A stretch of DNA of 52,682 nucleotides, filler included, from Circinaria calcarea (Eukaryota): the NCBI GenBank assembly GCA_051942165.1. It is 2 parts of 2 records of this genome, joined end to end, with 100 filler letters (N's around TTAATTAATTAA, not from the genome) between each part and the next. Parts side by side here need not be neighbours in the genome. Positions count along the whole stretch, not along the records: positions 1 to 26,319 come from JAVECS010000080.1; 1 more part is not named here. The stretch is one strand, 5' to 3'. Positions 12,201-22,949 of the stretch are shown here, one piece after another; positions within the stretch are counted from its first letter, which is position 1; each line of letters begins with the position of its first letter. The position numbers and the translations under genes are program-made. The notes under the pieces were generated by a model that had not been told where the DNA came from, searched no databases, and worked only from the letters and a program-made list of their open reading frames with translations.

Positions 12201-13940
12201 CGACACCTTCGGAATACCAAACGACAATATTTTCGACTCGCGTAGCGCCGCCTTCGCAGCTGATGTGATGCGCGAAACTGGAGGTAAGGGGGTTGATGTG
12301 GCTCTCAACTCGCTCTCCGGTGAGTTGCTGCATCAAACGTGGAGTTGCATCGCCAAATGGGGTACGATGGTTGAGATTGGCAAGCGAGATTTGTTGGGAT
12401 CTGCCAAGTTGGATATGAAACTATTTGCCGACAACCGCAATTATTGTTGTATTGATATGGACCAAATGACCAGAGAGAAGCCCAAGGCCATTGACAGGTG
12501 AGACTCTTTGTCTATTGTTCGGCGTTCCATTATGATTTTCTGACTATCAGCAGATTGCTGCGAAGGATGATGGAGTATTTCCGCCATGGCTATTTGCAAC
12601 CCATCCCGCTGGCTCAAGTGTCGCCTGCATTTGAAATGCCAGAATCATTCAGACTCATGCAGCAGAGCAAGCATATTGGGAAGATGGTCGTGGAGCTACG
12701 GAACAGCCAAGGAAAGCTTCTGATCAGTGACATACAAGCGTCACAGAAGCGTCCGGTTACGCTCGATGATTCTGCAGCATACCTCTTGGTTGGGGGACTG
12801 GGGGGCCTCGGGCGTTCAATTGCACGCTACATGGTTCAGCAAGGTGCTCGGAATCTCATCTTCCTATCTCGAAGCGCTGATAAGAATGATCAGCGGTACC
12901 GAGATTTCATCAAGGAGATTGAGGGCATGGGAAGTACTGTCCAGTGTGTCCGGGGAAGCGTGGCACAGCAAGCGGACGTCGAGCGAGCTATAGATGAGGC
13001 GCTAGCCCCGGTAAGGGGCATCCTCAATATGACAATAGCGCTGGCTGACGAAGCCTTCTTGCGAATGACGATCGAGGATTGGAACACATCGGTCGAGCCC
13101 AAGGTCAAAGGCACCTGGAACATTCTAGAGATCATCAAGTCGCGTGGGCTTGACCTTGACTTCCTCGTCCTCATCAGCTCCTTATCGGGCATTGTTGGTC
13201 AGACAGGCCAAGCCAACTACTCCAGTGCAAACACTTTTCTTGACGCATTCTCGCAGTACAGTACAATCCAAGGATTGCCATGCACAACCATCACGTTCGG
13301 TGTCATGGAGGGTATCGGCGTCATGAGCAACAACGTTGAGCTCTTGAAGAAGTTGCAAGGCTCAGGTTGGCGCTTGAACAATGAATCAGAACTAATTGAA
13401 GCCGTAGATTCGGCGATACAGCTCCAGACCACCAAGCGGGCTATCAACATGAAGCAGGCACTCGCCTCGAGTTCCATTAACGCGGTCGACAAGACCAGGT
13501 TCATTTTTGGGCTATGTCCAACCGTGCCGCTCAGCAGCCCCGACAGCTATACAAACCTACGGGCCGATGTCCGCATGGCGGTATATCACAATTCCAAACG
13601 GCAGAGTAACAAGTCGGCTGTGTCAGAGGACGCTTTGCGCACGCTTCTAAGCACAGCAAAGAAAGATGCATCAATCCTTGAGTCCAGCGAGAGCGTGTCA
13701 CTTCTCGCCATGGATATTGGGAAGAAGCTTTGCAGCTTGCTGCTACTACCCGACAATAACCTGAGCCCTACAATGAAGACAGGCGAGATGGGGCTGGATT
13801 CCATGGTGGCGGTCGAGATGGGTGCTTGGTGGAAGCTTACTTTTGGTCTCGAGATGAGTATGTTGGAGATGGTGAGCATGGGGACTTTGGAAGCATTGGG
13901 GAAGCGGGCAGCAGAGGACCTCATCCGCCTTTACACTTGA
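6207..13940 (+). CDS. highly reducing iterative type I polyketide synthase (KS-AT-DH-cMT-ER-KR-ACP), ~2497 aa, no TE/R domain
   Basis: Introns 6842-6898, 11670-11721, 12007-12081, 12498-12553 (or 12550). KS TACSSS/HGTGT/GHSEG; AT GHSSG and AYHSHHM; DH HCIDGDIVFP; cMT LELGAGSG and FLHTT; ER GLNFR|D and LIHSAAGGVG; KR GGLGGLG and YSSAN; ACP GLDSMVAVE; stop shortly after the ACP. Confidence 0.96.
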
Positions 13941-13963
13941 CCAACCAATTAGTGGGGCTGTTC

Positions 13964-14270
13964 CTATAACACGATTAAATTTACTTCCACTTTGTTCTGA
14001 GAAGAGATTTCCAGCCTGTTTTAACAAGAGATTTCCAATCTCTTCTAACAAGAAGCCATAGCGAAGTTCAAATTCTGAATGTTTATTTATTCATATAACA
14101 TGGTTGAATGAATTAATTACTTATTAATTTCCAATCTGTTCTAATAAGAAGCCATAGCGAGGATCAAATTCTAAATCTCTGGTTTGCTTGTATAACACGG
14201 TTGAATTGATTATCTATTGATTTCCAATCTGTTCTAAAAAGCCATAGCAAAGATCAAGTTCTGAATCTTT
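13964..14270. repeat. degenerate ~93-96-bp tandem repeat (~3 copies plus a partial) that includes the last codons of the methyltransferase gene
   Basis: Unit atttccaatct..ttctaa..aagccatagc..a..tcaa.ttct.aat..tataacacggttgaat starts at 14031, 14127 and 14220; the third copy overlaps the MT stop and C-terminal codons. Confidence 0.85.
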
Positions 14271-15379
14271 GTCTCAGGTCGGAGTCCATCATTCCAGCCG
14301 ACGTGGCCGAAGCCGACGGAGCTTAGTACCTTTTCCCAGGATTGCGGGCTCTGCAGGGCGTGTTGTCGCCCGTCTTCAAACGCCCACCACCCCGAAATCA
14401 ACCCAAAGGCGACATCGGCCCAAAGCATTTGCGCCGTCAGCTCATGGAATATCGTGAAACCATCCGGTCGTAGCATCTTGCGGATGATTGCCAATGAAAC
14501 GGACAGATCGCGAGTCGCATGAAGAACATTTGACCCGAGGACGATATGTTGGGTGTTTTGCAGCGTCGCATCCGGTTCCTTTTCGATATCCACGACCTTG
14601 TATTCCACAAAGGGGTATTCTTCAAGCTTCTTTTGCGCTGCCGAGACGAAGACAGAGCTGATATCGCTCATGGTATATACCACCGGTATGCCGAGACGAG
14701 CCAGTACTGGGACTATCTTGAAGGTCGTGCCTCCGGTACCTGCCCCGACTTCTAGTACTCGGAGGGGCCCGGCATCTTTTGGCCATGTGCTGCCAATCTT
14801 CTCAATGAAAGCCGCTAGCTGTTGGAGGATTGTGCTGAATAAGGGGGACTTGGCATAGAAATTTGTCATGAGCGTGCGACCTTCGTCGGAGCCGAACAGC
14901 AATTGCAATGGATCCGCCTTGCCAGATAGGCATTTGGCAAAAGATCCGCCTGTTCTTTGCATAAGCCCGAGTTCCCACTCTTGTGCAGGCCTGTCGTCAA
15001 GGAGGTTTTCCAGAATGTCCTCAATTTCGCTGCTAGGACAAGCGACGGATGTGCGAGTGATTTCCTCGCCGTTGGTCTCGATCAAGCCAGCCTTTTTCTC
15101 CAAAGCTTTATACATGTAGTCAATGAGCTTTTCGTGTCTTGGAAGATGTCTAATGCGCTCGAGCTTTGTACCAGGTGCTGCAGATCGAATCGGACACCCG
15201 AGTTCTTCAAAGGCATTGCAAAAGACTGCGATCGCTAGCTCGTCCGATCTCGGGATAAACTCCGAACAGTAGGTGTCTATCTTGTTCTTCACGATGAAAT
15301 CGTCAGTAGCTTCCCGCATGCTGCGGAATGCATCCAAGACAGTAGCCGAGCTGAGCGAGCCGTCCTTATTCGAAAGCAT
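14234..15379 (-). CDS. free-standing SAM-dependent C-methyltransferase resembling an NR-PKS CMeT domain, ~381 aa from the first in-frame ATG (open frame extends to 15460)
   Basis: Intronless ORF with LRVLEVGAGTGGTT, YTMSDIS, VDIEKEP, HIVLGSNVLHAT and GWWAFEDGRQHAL, plus the N-terminal helical subdomain (LDAF..TDDFI..AFEELGC..HLPRHEKL) typical of CMeT domains of citrinin/azaphilone-type NR-PKSs. Start codon uncertain. Confidence 0.8.
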   Translation of the reverse strand: MLSNKDGSLSSATVLDAFRSMREATDDFIVKNKIDTYCSEFIPRSDELAIAVFCNAFEELGCPIRSAAPGTKLERIRHLPRHEKLIDYMYKALEKKAGLIETNGEEITRTSVACPSSEIEDILENLLDDRPAQEWELGLMQRTGGSFAKCLSGKADPLQLLFGSDEGRTLMTNFYAKSPLFSTILQQLAAFIEKIGSTWPKDAGPLRVLEVGAGTGGTTFKIVPVLARLGIPVVYTMSDISSVFVSAAQKKLEEYPFVEYKVVDIEKEPDATLQNTQHIVLGSNVLHATRDLSVSLAIIRKMLRPDGFTIFHELTAQMLWADVAFGLISGWWAFEDGRQHALQSPQSWEKVLSSVGFGHVGWNDGLRPETKIQNLIFAMAF

Positions 15380-15795
15380 TTTGAAGTCGATATTCGGAGC
15401 TGCGACGCCGTTTGCTATAACTCTGTTGTTGCTGCTGTGGTGGGATATACTGTTAACCAATTATGTATTTTTCTTTGGCTCTTCTTGTTCGTCTTCGACT
15501 GCTGTAACGAGAATATAAGGTCTTAGGACTGAGTTTAGAAGATTTTACCATAGTCTCTTTATCAAAATTGACTAAATTTTTAATGGATCGTACAGGTATT
15601 CAGGGTGACTGCTGACGCGAGCACGGTAATAGAGAAGAGACTCGACTGGACAGTGCCCCCTCACCGGACGATAGTCCCAGAACAGGACGGAAGGCGGCTG
15701 ATCCTTAGAAATTCACCAATGGCTTTCCACTGATAACATGCTGGCGGGGAGTCGGGAATGGCTTTGCGAATGCCGCCACGTCAACCTCGTTAGTG

Positions 15796-16104
15796 CATAC
15801 AGAGTACAGATGACACGGCTGGAATCCTTCGTGGCATTCATAGCCCTTGTACAGCGCCGCTTTATTATTAATAAAATATAATATATTTAACAACAGAAAT
15901 GAAATTTTAGTACAGCTAATAATTATTGCTCAAGCGTATTATTTTTAAGAAACTATTATTATTTTCTTTATGCGGTGTTGTGGCAAAGACTCGGGAAAAG
16001 TATTAAAACGCTATTGAGAAATTAGGTAGATTCCCTTGCCTTTAACCCTGTATAATATGTGCATTAATGAAGGATTCTAGCCCATGTTGTCTGTATTTTG
16101 TATG
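15796..16104 (-). mobile_element. MITE-like non-autonomous element, copy B (inverted relative to copy A)
   Basis: Imperfect TIRs 15796-15830 and 16069-16104; reverse complement shares blocks such as cccgagtc(t)ttgccacaacaccgcat and aatgccacgaaggatt with 5820-6005. Confidence 0.7.
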
Positions 16105-16734
16105 TTGTCAGAACGGATGCTTATGCTAAGCACGGCGTAATATAGCGATCAACGCCCATTATCCCCTAGTTAGACTGTGCCGCAGGCTTGTAAGGTAGCT
16201 CTGATCAGTCTGACCGGAGGGACTTCAATATAGTGGTGGTAGTTACAAGGCAGGATAGTGGAGTAGTCATAATGGTGTTGACGGCATTAGCCTTGACGTG
16301 TGATATAAAGGCAGAGCCTGCATGAACTTGGCGCTAGCGGGTGAGAGCGGAAAGCTCGGCGCGCTAGAAAGATCTTCTCCCCAGTATTACCCCATTAATA
16401 TGCAGCTACAGAGGGGTGATAATGAAAACGCGCATTGCGCTTTACAGCGTATAAGCGGGGGGTATATATCACCATAATTAAGTTCAAATTTTAATAGCGC
16501 TTGCCTCTTGATGGCCTGGTGGTACCCCGTCCTATTTTTTCTGACTCTCCCCTTAGGCCTAATCCGTGACATAAATAATAAGATAAAAGTAACGGTTTGG
16601 GAGCTCCGGGTGATTCGACCTTCTTATAAAGACTGTTGCTAGGAACGGAGAGTATGAAATTTTACCTCGGTTTTTATACGTTCGCCCCTACCTCTAGGAC
16701 CCCGGCATATTCTGAGACTGATAAAAATCTTAAG

Positions 16735-17665
16735 ATGACTTCGTCAAGTACTGCTAAGCTGTTTCGCGTCGATGGACTGGTGGCCTTAATAACAGGCGGT
16801 GGCACTGGTGGGTCTTGAACTGTCAATGTCGATTTGTAAGTACCTACTAATACGATTAGGCATTGGACTTATGATGACAAAGGCCCTTGCTCGCAATGGG
16901 GCCAGTAAAGTTTACATCAGTGGCAGGCGAAAAGAGGTCTTGGAAGAAGCTACGAAGCAATCGCTACATGATAACATCATTCCTCTTGTCGCCGATGTAA
17001 GCTCGAAGGAAGACATCGAAGCACTTGCAAAGCACATACGAAATGATGTCGGCCACCTGAATCTTCTCATTGCCAATGCTGGAATTTGGGGTCCTGGACC
17101 CGGGCAACCTCTTGGCACAACGCTGCAAGAGGTTCAAGCGGAAGCAATGAAGACGACAATGGACGAGTGGGATAAGTGTTTCCGAACCAATGTTCATGGC
17201 TGCTATTACTCTATCATGGCCGTCCTCGATCTCCTCGACGAAGGCAACATAAGGAAGAATTATTGCAATGGCGAGGTGAAAAGCCAGGTCATCGTCACCG
17301 GCAGCGTAGGCGGTTATTCCCGGATTGTCGGCGGGCGCAACGCCTATCGCGCCAGCAAAGCTGCAGTAACGCACCTTGCCAAGTGCCTCTCCACAGGCTT
17401 TCAAGAGTTTGGCATCCGAGTGAACACGCTCGCACCAGGCCTTTTCTCATCCGATCTGGCAGCACCCCTGATTAAGAGATATAACGAGTCTGCCGGCGAG
17501 GACGGTAAGCTGGACAGGAAGCGTGTGCCGGAGGAGCGAATTGGCGCGGAGGAAGACATCATCGGAACGTTGCTATATCTTGCTTCGAGAGCTGGGGCTT
17601 ACAATAATGGTAATGTTTGCGTCCTAGACGGGGGCCTTGTCAGCGTTATGCCGGCGTCTTACTAG
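16735..17665 (+). CDS. short-chain dehydrogenase/reductase (classical SDR), ~292 aa
   Basis: Intron 16808-16859 restores TGGGTGIG; LIANAG, catalytic YRASK, IRVNTLAPG, VLDGG. Confidence 0.93.
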
Positions 17666-18817
17666 ATCCAACACCTCATTTGGAAGTGTTACGGGTCAGT
17701 ATTATAGATTTAAGAGAGCTTGATTTAGACCTATTGGGTACGTCCCTCGGGCTGTTTAGGGACACATCGTACGATTCTGAGAATTTGCGAGAATGTTGAT
17801 CGCTATTCAGCTCAACGCCAAACCAGATCCTAAGTTCCGATTGTGATGCTTGCAAAATCTACTTTAATAAAAACACTGAATAGCTCTCATGCAAGTTGGA
17901 AGCTCTTCCGTGCCGTTATGAATGAATCTATATTTGTTCTGAGCCCCTTGAGTCTTGACATTCTCTAAGAGTTACTAGCAAATATCAGCATACGCGCTAT
18001 CAATCGATTTCCGTACAAACGGCACAAGGTTACACTCAAACCTCTATGGTGTAGGTCTTGTGCATGTAACGTTACTCTTTCGCCCCACCTCCTCAAAGAA
18101 CACATATAAAAACTCTCGCCATACCCTTAAGAACCGGAATGTTCCTGCATTTGCAATGCGCGCAGCGCATACAACTTCCATTTTTCAGTCCGAGGTGGCT
18201 GTAACACCGGCGGCTGCATCCCAATCCTTCGTACTATGGTAATACGTAGATCTATGCAGTCAGCACACCGCTTGTTAGTTGCTGTGTCGGGCCTCGGATC
18301 TCCATGTCATTACCTATTGTAGCATGTCCGTGCATAGAGTTTGAATCTACTCGAATCAGCAAAGAGGTGCATAATGTATGCTTTCTCACCATTTAGGAGT
18401 GAGCACTATGGCGGCACGCCATACCCTGTGCTACCAAGGCTGGGGACGGAGGGACTAGGAGCCGCTTACTCCCGGGGCTCCCAGGGCTTGGCAGCAGGAG
18501 CAACAGGGTATGTTCCCAGTGCTCCCACTGGGGATCAGTGGGAGCCACGGGAGCAACACTACTATATAGACAGGCTATTCCTGCTCTTTAGAATAGCATG
18601 CTTATAGCCATACACGGAACAAAAATAGACCAATATTACGTTCCTAGTAATCGTGCACACCGGAGTGACTCTATCCCTTATACGAGTCTAGCAATATCCT
18701 AGCACTCTTACACCCATAGAGGCTCTTCTTCCCTCCATCCTTGCCATTCTCTTCTTTCTCTTGCCTCTTGTCTCTCTCTTACCTCCTCGTCTATCGACTC
18801 TTACTTGGCTAGATGCA

Positions 18818-20756
18818 ATGGATTTATCCGGGTTATCCTCATTCCCGGATGTGGAGCTGCTTCCCACTTTTCTCGACCGAGTCGCATCCGAGGATCCATC
18901 AAAAGTTTGGATCTCCTGCCCGAAAGATGTTAACGACATGTCCAAGGGCTTCCGAGACTACACGGCTCGCGAACTGGCGAATTACGTGAACAATGCAGCA
19001 TGGTATGCTAGCATTTTCTATGGCTTCTTACCGACACCGTTCCTTTCTAATATGCTAGGTTCCTTGACGAGCACCTGGGCAAGGTTCGAGAAGGCAAGCT
19101 GCCGGTGGTTGCATATATTGGACCATCCGATATACGTTACCTCCTTCTACCAATTGCCTTGGCCAAGTGTGGCTACGAGGTCAGTTGTCCTGTACGCATT
19201 TGAAAGCCGCTGCAAAACAGCTAAACCCGCCACAGTCACTTCCTCTTTCTGATCTTGTCTCGGCCCAGGTGCGCGTATATCTCACCGAGGAGGCAGGATG
19301 TGATATCTTAGTTTGCGCTCAAGGGTTCGGGGGCGACGAGGTCTTGTCTCGAAAGACGATGCGACGCGTCATTTTCCCGGAGCTAGATGAACTGGCTGAG
19401 CCGCCAAATGCAAAGCATTACCGGTATGAAAAAATCCCCGAAGAAGGTCTTAACGACCCGTTCTTCATATTGCACACATCTGGCTCGTCAAGTGCAAAAG
19501 GCTTCCCGACGGTCAGGTTCGGAGATCCTAGAATGAGACTAGATTCTAACACTTTGTATAGATGGTGCGCTATCCTCAAGGCGCGGCTGCACTCAATGGC
19601 CTCCTCCGGCATATTCCTGATTATGACGGTCTACCCAACTTGTATAGTGTCACGAGCCGATCATCTAGAACCTATACTGGGTTTCGTATTACTCATGCTG
19701 GAGGATTCTTTTTCGCTATCCGCCAGATTTACCAAGGCGTAACCATTGTCGTCGGGGGGGATGATCAAGCTTCGATAAAGTCTATCGAGGCAGCAATCGA
19801 TCACGGGCGTATTGACAGTGCCGCCTTAGTGCCAAATAGTCTGAAAGAAATCAGTGGATCCCCCAGAATGCTCGAGAAGCTATCGAAGCTGAAATGGGTT
19901 ATATCTTCAGGAGGTAAGCTGATATCCGAGCTCTTAAGAGTTACTCAAATTCTCTCTCCACTTACTAATTATCATTCCAGCGATGCTGCCCAAGCAAGTT
20001 GGCGATATAATTTCAAAGAAGGTCCACCTTATCAGTATCTATGGTTCGACAGAGGCCATCAGCACCACGCACAACATACTCCCCACTGAAGACTGGGAGT
20101 ATATCCACTCCAATCCAAACATTGGTAACCTCCAATTTGAGGAAAGCGGGGACAACCTTTTCGAAGCCGTATACATCAAACACCCCGACCCGGCCCTCCG
20201 CCTTCATCAAGGTGTATTCTGGTGCCTTCCCCATCTAGATAGATGGTCAATGGGCGATCTCTTCTCCCCGCACCCTACCAGGAAGAACACCTGGAAATAT
20301 GTCAGCCGAGCCGACGAACTCATCATCATGGCCAACGGTTACAAGCTCCTCCCAACGTTCTTTGAAGAAGAAATCCTCGGAAAAGACCCCCGCATCAAGA
20401 GCGCCAGTATCTACGGAACCGCCAAAGAGCATCTGGCCGTCATCGTCGATCTTGTCAACCCTCCACCGCCTTCTTACTTTGAGAACAAAGATAAGGTGAT
20501 GAAAAGCACAACAACATCATCAACAACGACAGATGCTCCTGATCCCGATCCCATCGTTGACGAAATCTGGCCCGTAATCCAAACTGTTAACGACCCGTTA
20601 ACGAAGTTCTCCACTAAGACCAGTCAGATCCTCAAGCGTGCCGTTATTATGGCGGATCCGAAACGGCCACCTCCGAGGACAGGAAAGGGTGGGGTACAGA
20701 AAAAGTTGACTGAGAAACTGTATCAGGAGGAACTGGATTGGGCCTTTAGAACTTGA
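18818..20756 (+). CDS. free-standing adenylate-forming (ANL) enzyme of the fungal NRPS-like/carboxylic-acid-reductase A-domain type, ~569 aa, no T or R domain
   Basis: Introns 19003-19058, 19180-19235, 19512-19561, 19914-19980 (1710 nt CDS). VAYIGPSDIRY, A3-like HTSGSS, YGSTE, GDLFSPHP, SRADELI, NGYK, A10-like RTGKGGV; stop about 18 codons later. Confidence 0.9.
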
Positions 20757-22949
20757 ATGCGGGAGTTGCGGCCCATACCATAGGGAAAGGGAAAAGGCAA
20801 GGGAATGGGCAGGGAGAGGCACTATCATGGTTTCATTTGTACCTCTTTAATATGATCCGTCTAAACATAAATGCCCCCCTAGTAAGTTCGTTGGGGCTGT
20901 ACTGAAAACGCCACCGAGCTCTTTTCTTTCGTTCTCAACAACGAACCAAGTGTAATGCCGAGTGCGCTGTAGTTACAAGGGAGCACTGATCACAACAGAT
21001 GGGTAGAAGATGCAAGGTTAGGTGGTGTCAAGTTGATGGATAAAGCCTGGCCTGCCCTCGACTCGGGCCAGGTCAACTGCTTTCTTATAGCCATGTGCTA
21101 CGTGCTCTGAGATCTGTTGAGCTGAACCCTATCTCTCTGGGGTCTGTGACTCATGGCTTGTTGACCTTGTAGCGTTGCTAAGTTCTTCATGATCCTCGGT
21201 CAGGCCCCCTAAACCGTGGCACGCGGGGGACCAAAAAATGGCAACCCCGCATTACCACCAGCCATAATAGTTACTGACCCTTCCAACGCTATTCGTTAAA
21301 GGATCCTTACACTATAAGAATCCTTTACGAATAATGATCTTACGAATAAGGGTCGGTAAACTGGGTGATAATGTGCCTCGATGGTTCGCATAGCGTATGA
21401 ATTAATGCTAAAGAATTCTGGTGTACTGGTCGGCAAGGGTATTAATTGTTAGCGCAATCTCTCCGGAATTCCTATAATAAGCCCAATTTACGTTTTAATT
21501 TAAATAAATAGCTAGAATATATATCAGAGAATAGATTTCATATCAGAAGTATTATTTTCCTTAATTTTTCACGTATATTGTGGATTATACAGGGGAGATT
21601 AAACAATGTGCCAGCGGTAGAGGCCCTTTTAGCTCTCTGAGCATTGCAAGGTCGAAGCACAAATAGTAAGCTATGGTGCGTGGCAACGCTAAATATACCA
21701 CGCGGTCAAGGAGATGATTGTACATACTACCCATCTGTTATGTATGGCAACCTTAAAGATGGCGGCCACACAATCGAGCTACCCGCGTCAAGCTAGGCGA
21801 ATGGCCCCTTGACAGGCGAGGCATTTGATTGGATGGGAGCACTGTTGTTACGCGCCTACTTAACATCCTCCACCAACCAACCAAGATACCGAAACCTCCC
21901 AACATTCCCCAGGTCCCGCGGATGAACATTGCCGCTTCGGCCGGCGTGAATTGCAGTGGAGTCGATCTATTCAGGTTGGAAACCAACACTGAGTCCAGCC
22001 TCCAGTGCCTCAACTACAGACGGCTTATCGCAGCTGCTCCAGCACCGGCACCATACATGCATCATGGCTTAAAGAGTTTGAGCGCAAAAGCAAAGACATG
22101 ACAATATATTACTACAACACGAGTGTGGTTCAACCGGTTTCCCGGGACATTATCGTCCAAGTGTCCAGGTTGTTGCTAAGAAAGGGTCCAAAGCAATGGC
22201 CTTAGTGTGGCGGTCCCTTCTATGCTTTATTTCAGCCCTTTCGGTTTCAGAGCCTCGCACTCAGGAGTAGGGTTAATCGGTTTGCAAGAAAGACTATGCT
22301 TTTTACCATACTAACTCATTAGGTTCGATCTTAAGATCACCTGCGTTACGGTTTTACAGGCCCTTAGTAGTGCCCAAGCAGTATGAGTTGGTAATCGCTG
22401 TTTCAGGGTTGCTGTGGAAGCTCGCCATCTAACTTACCGTTTCAGATGGAAAATTCGCTGACCCGATGGACAGTGTGCAAATCGCCATAACCACTGAAAT
22501 ACAGCTTTTATTGTGAGGTTGCTGACCCGGGTGGGCGCAGACAAGCGTAATGTGATCGACTTCTGGTATTTCTTGTGCCACTTCCTTCGTGAGGCTCTCC
22601 ATCGAATAGTATAGACATCTGGTGTTGGTGAAAACGTTGCGTACAGCGTACAGCATATGCAAAAATGATTGGCCTTAATGTGATATATAGATGCTTCGTC
22701 CCCATTATAGACTAAAGAGAGTACACGTCTTGAGCTCAGTTAAACTCTGTACCCTGTTTCTTACCGCTACGCAAAACCCCGTTGAGTCCTTTTCTCTTCA
22801 TATTTGCTTTCACTTGAAGACCAGTTAAGTCTTTGATCTAACTTGGCAGGCCAATTTCCTGTATAGAAGCTTGATTCTCAGTCACCACTAGGACGTATCT
22901 CTTGTTCGGTGTTGGTTATATCATATAGTACAAGATTCTATAACCAGCT

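Noticed and set aside
6207..13940. Fumonisin (FUM) cluster or a frameshifted PKS pseudogene
   Set aside because: ORF breaks are explained by canonical introns; no P450s, tricarballylate genes or ceramide synthase are seen, and the AOS is a single ~469-aa AONS-type protein, shorter than Fum8.
13964..14270. CRISPR-like array
   Set aside because: Eukaryotic context; whole units are degenerate duplicates with no unique spacers.
21750..22710. Short ORFs on both strands
   Set aside because: No recognisable motifs or consistent splice model; possibly decayed coding sequence but unsupported.
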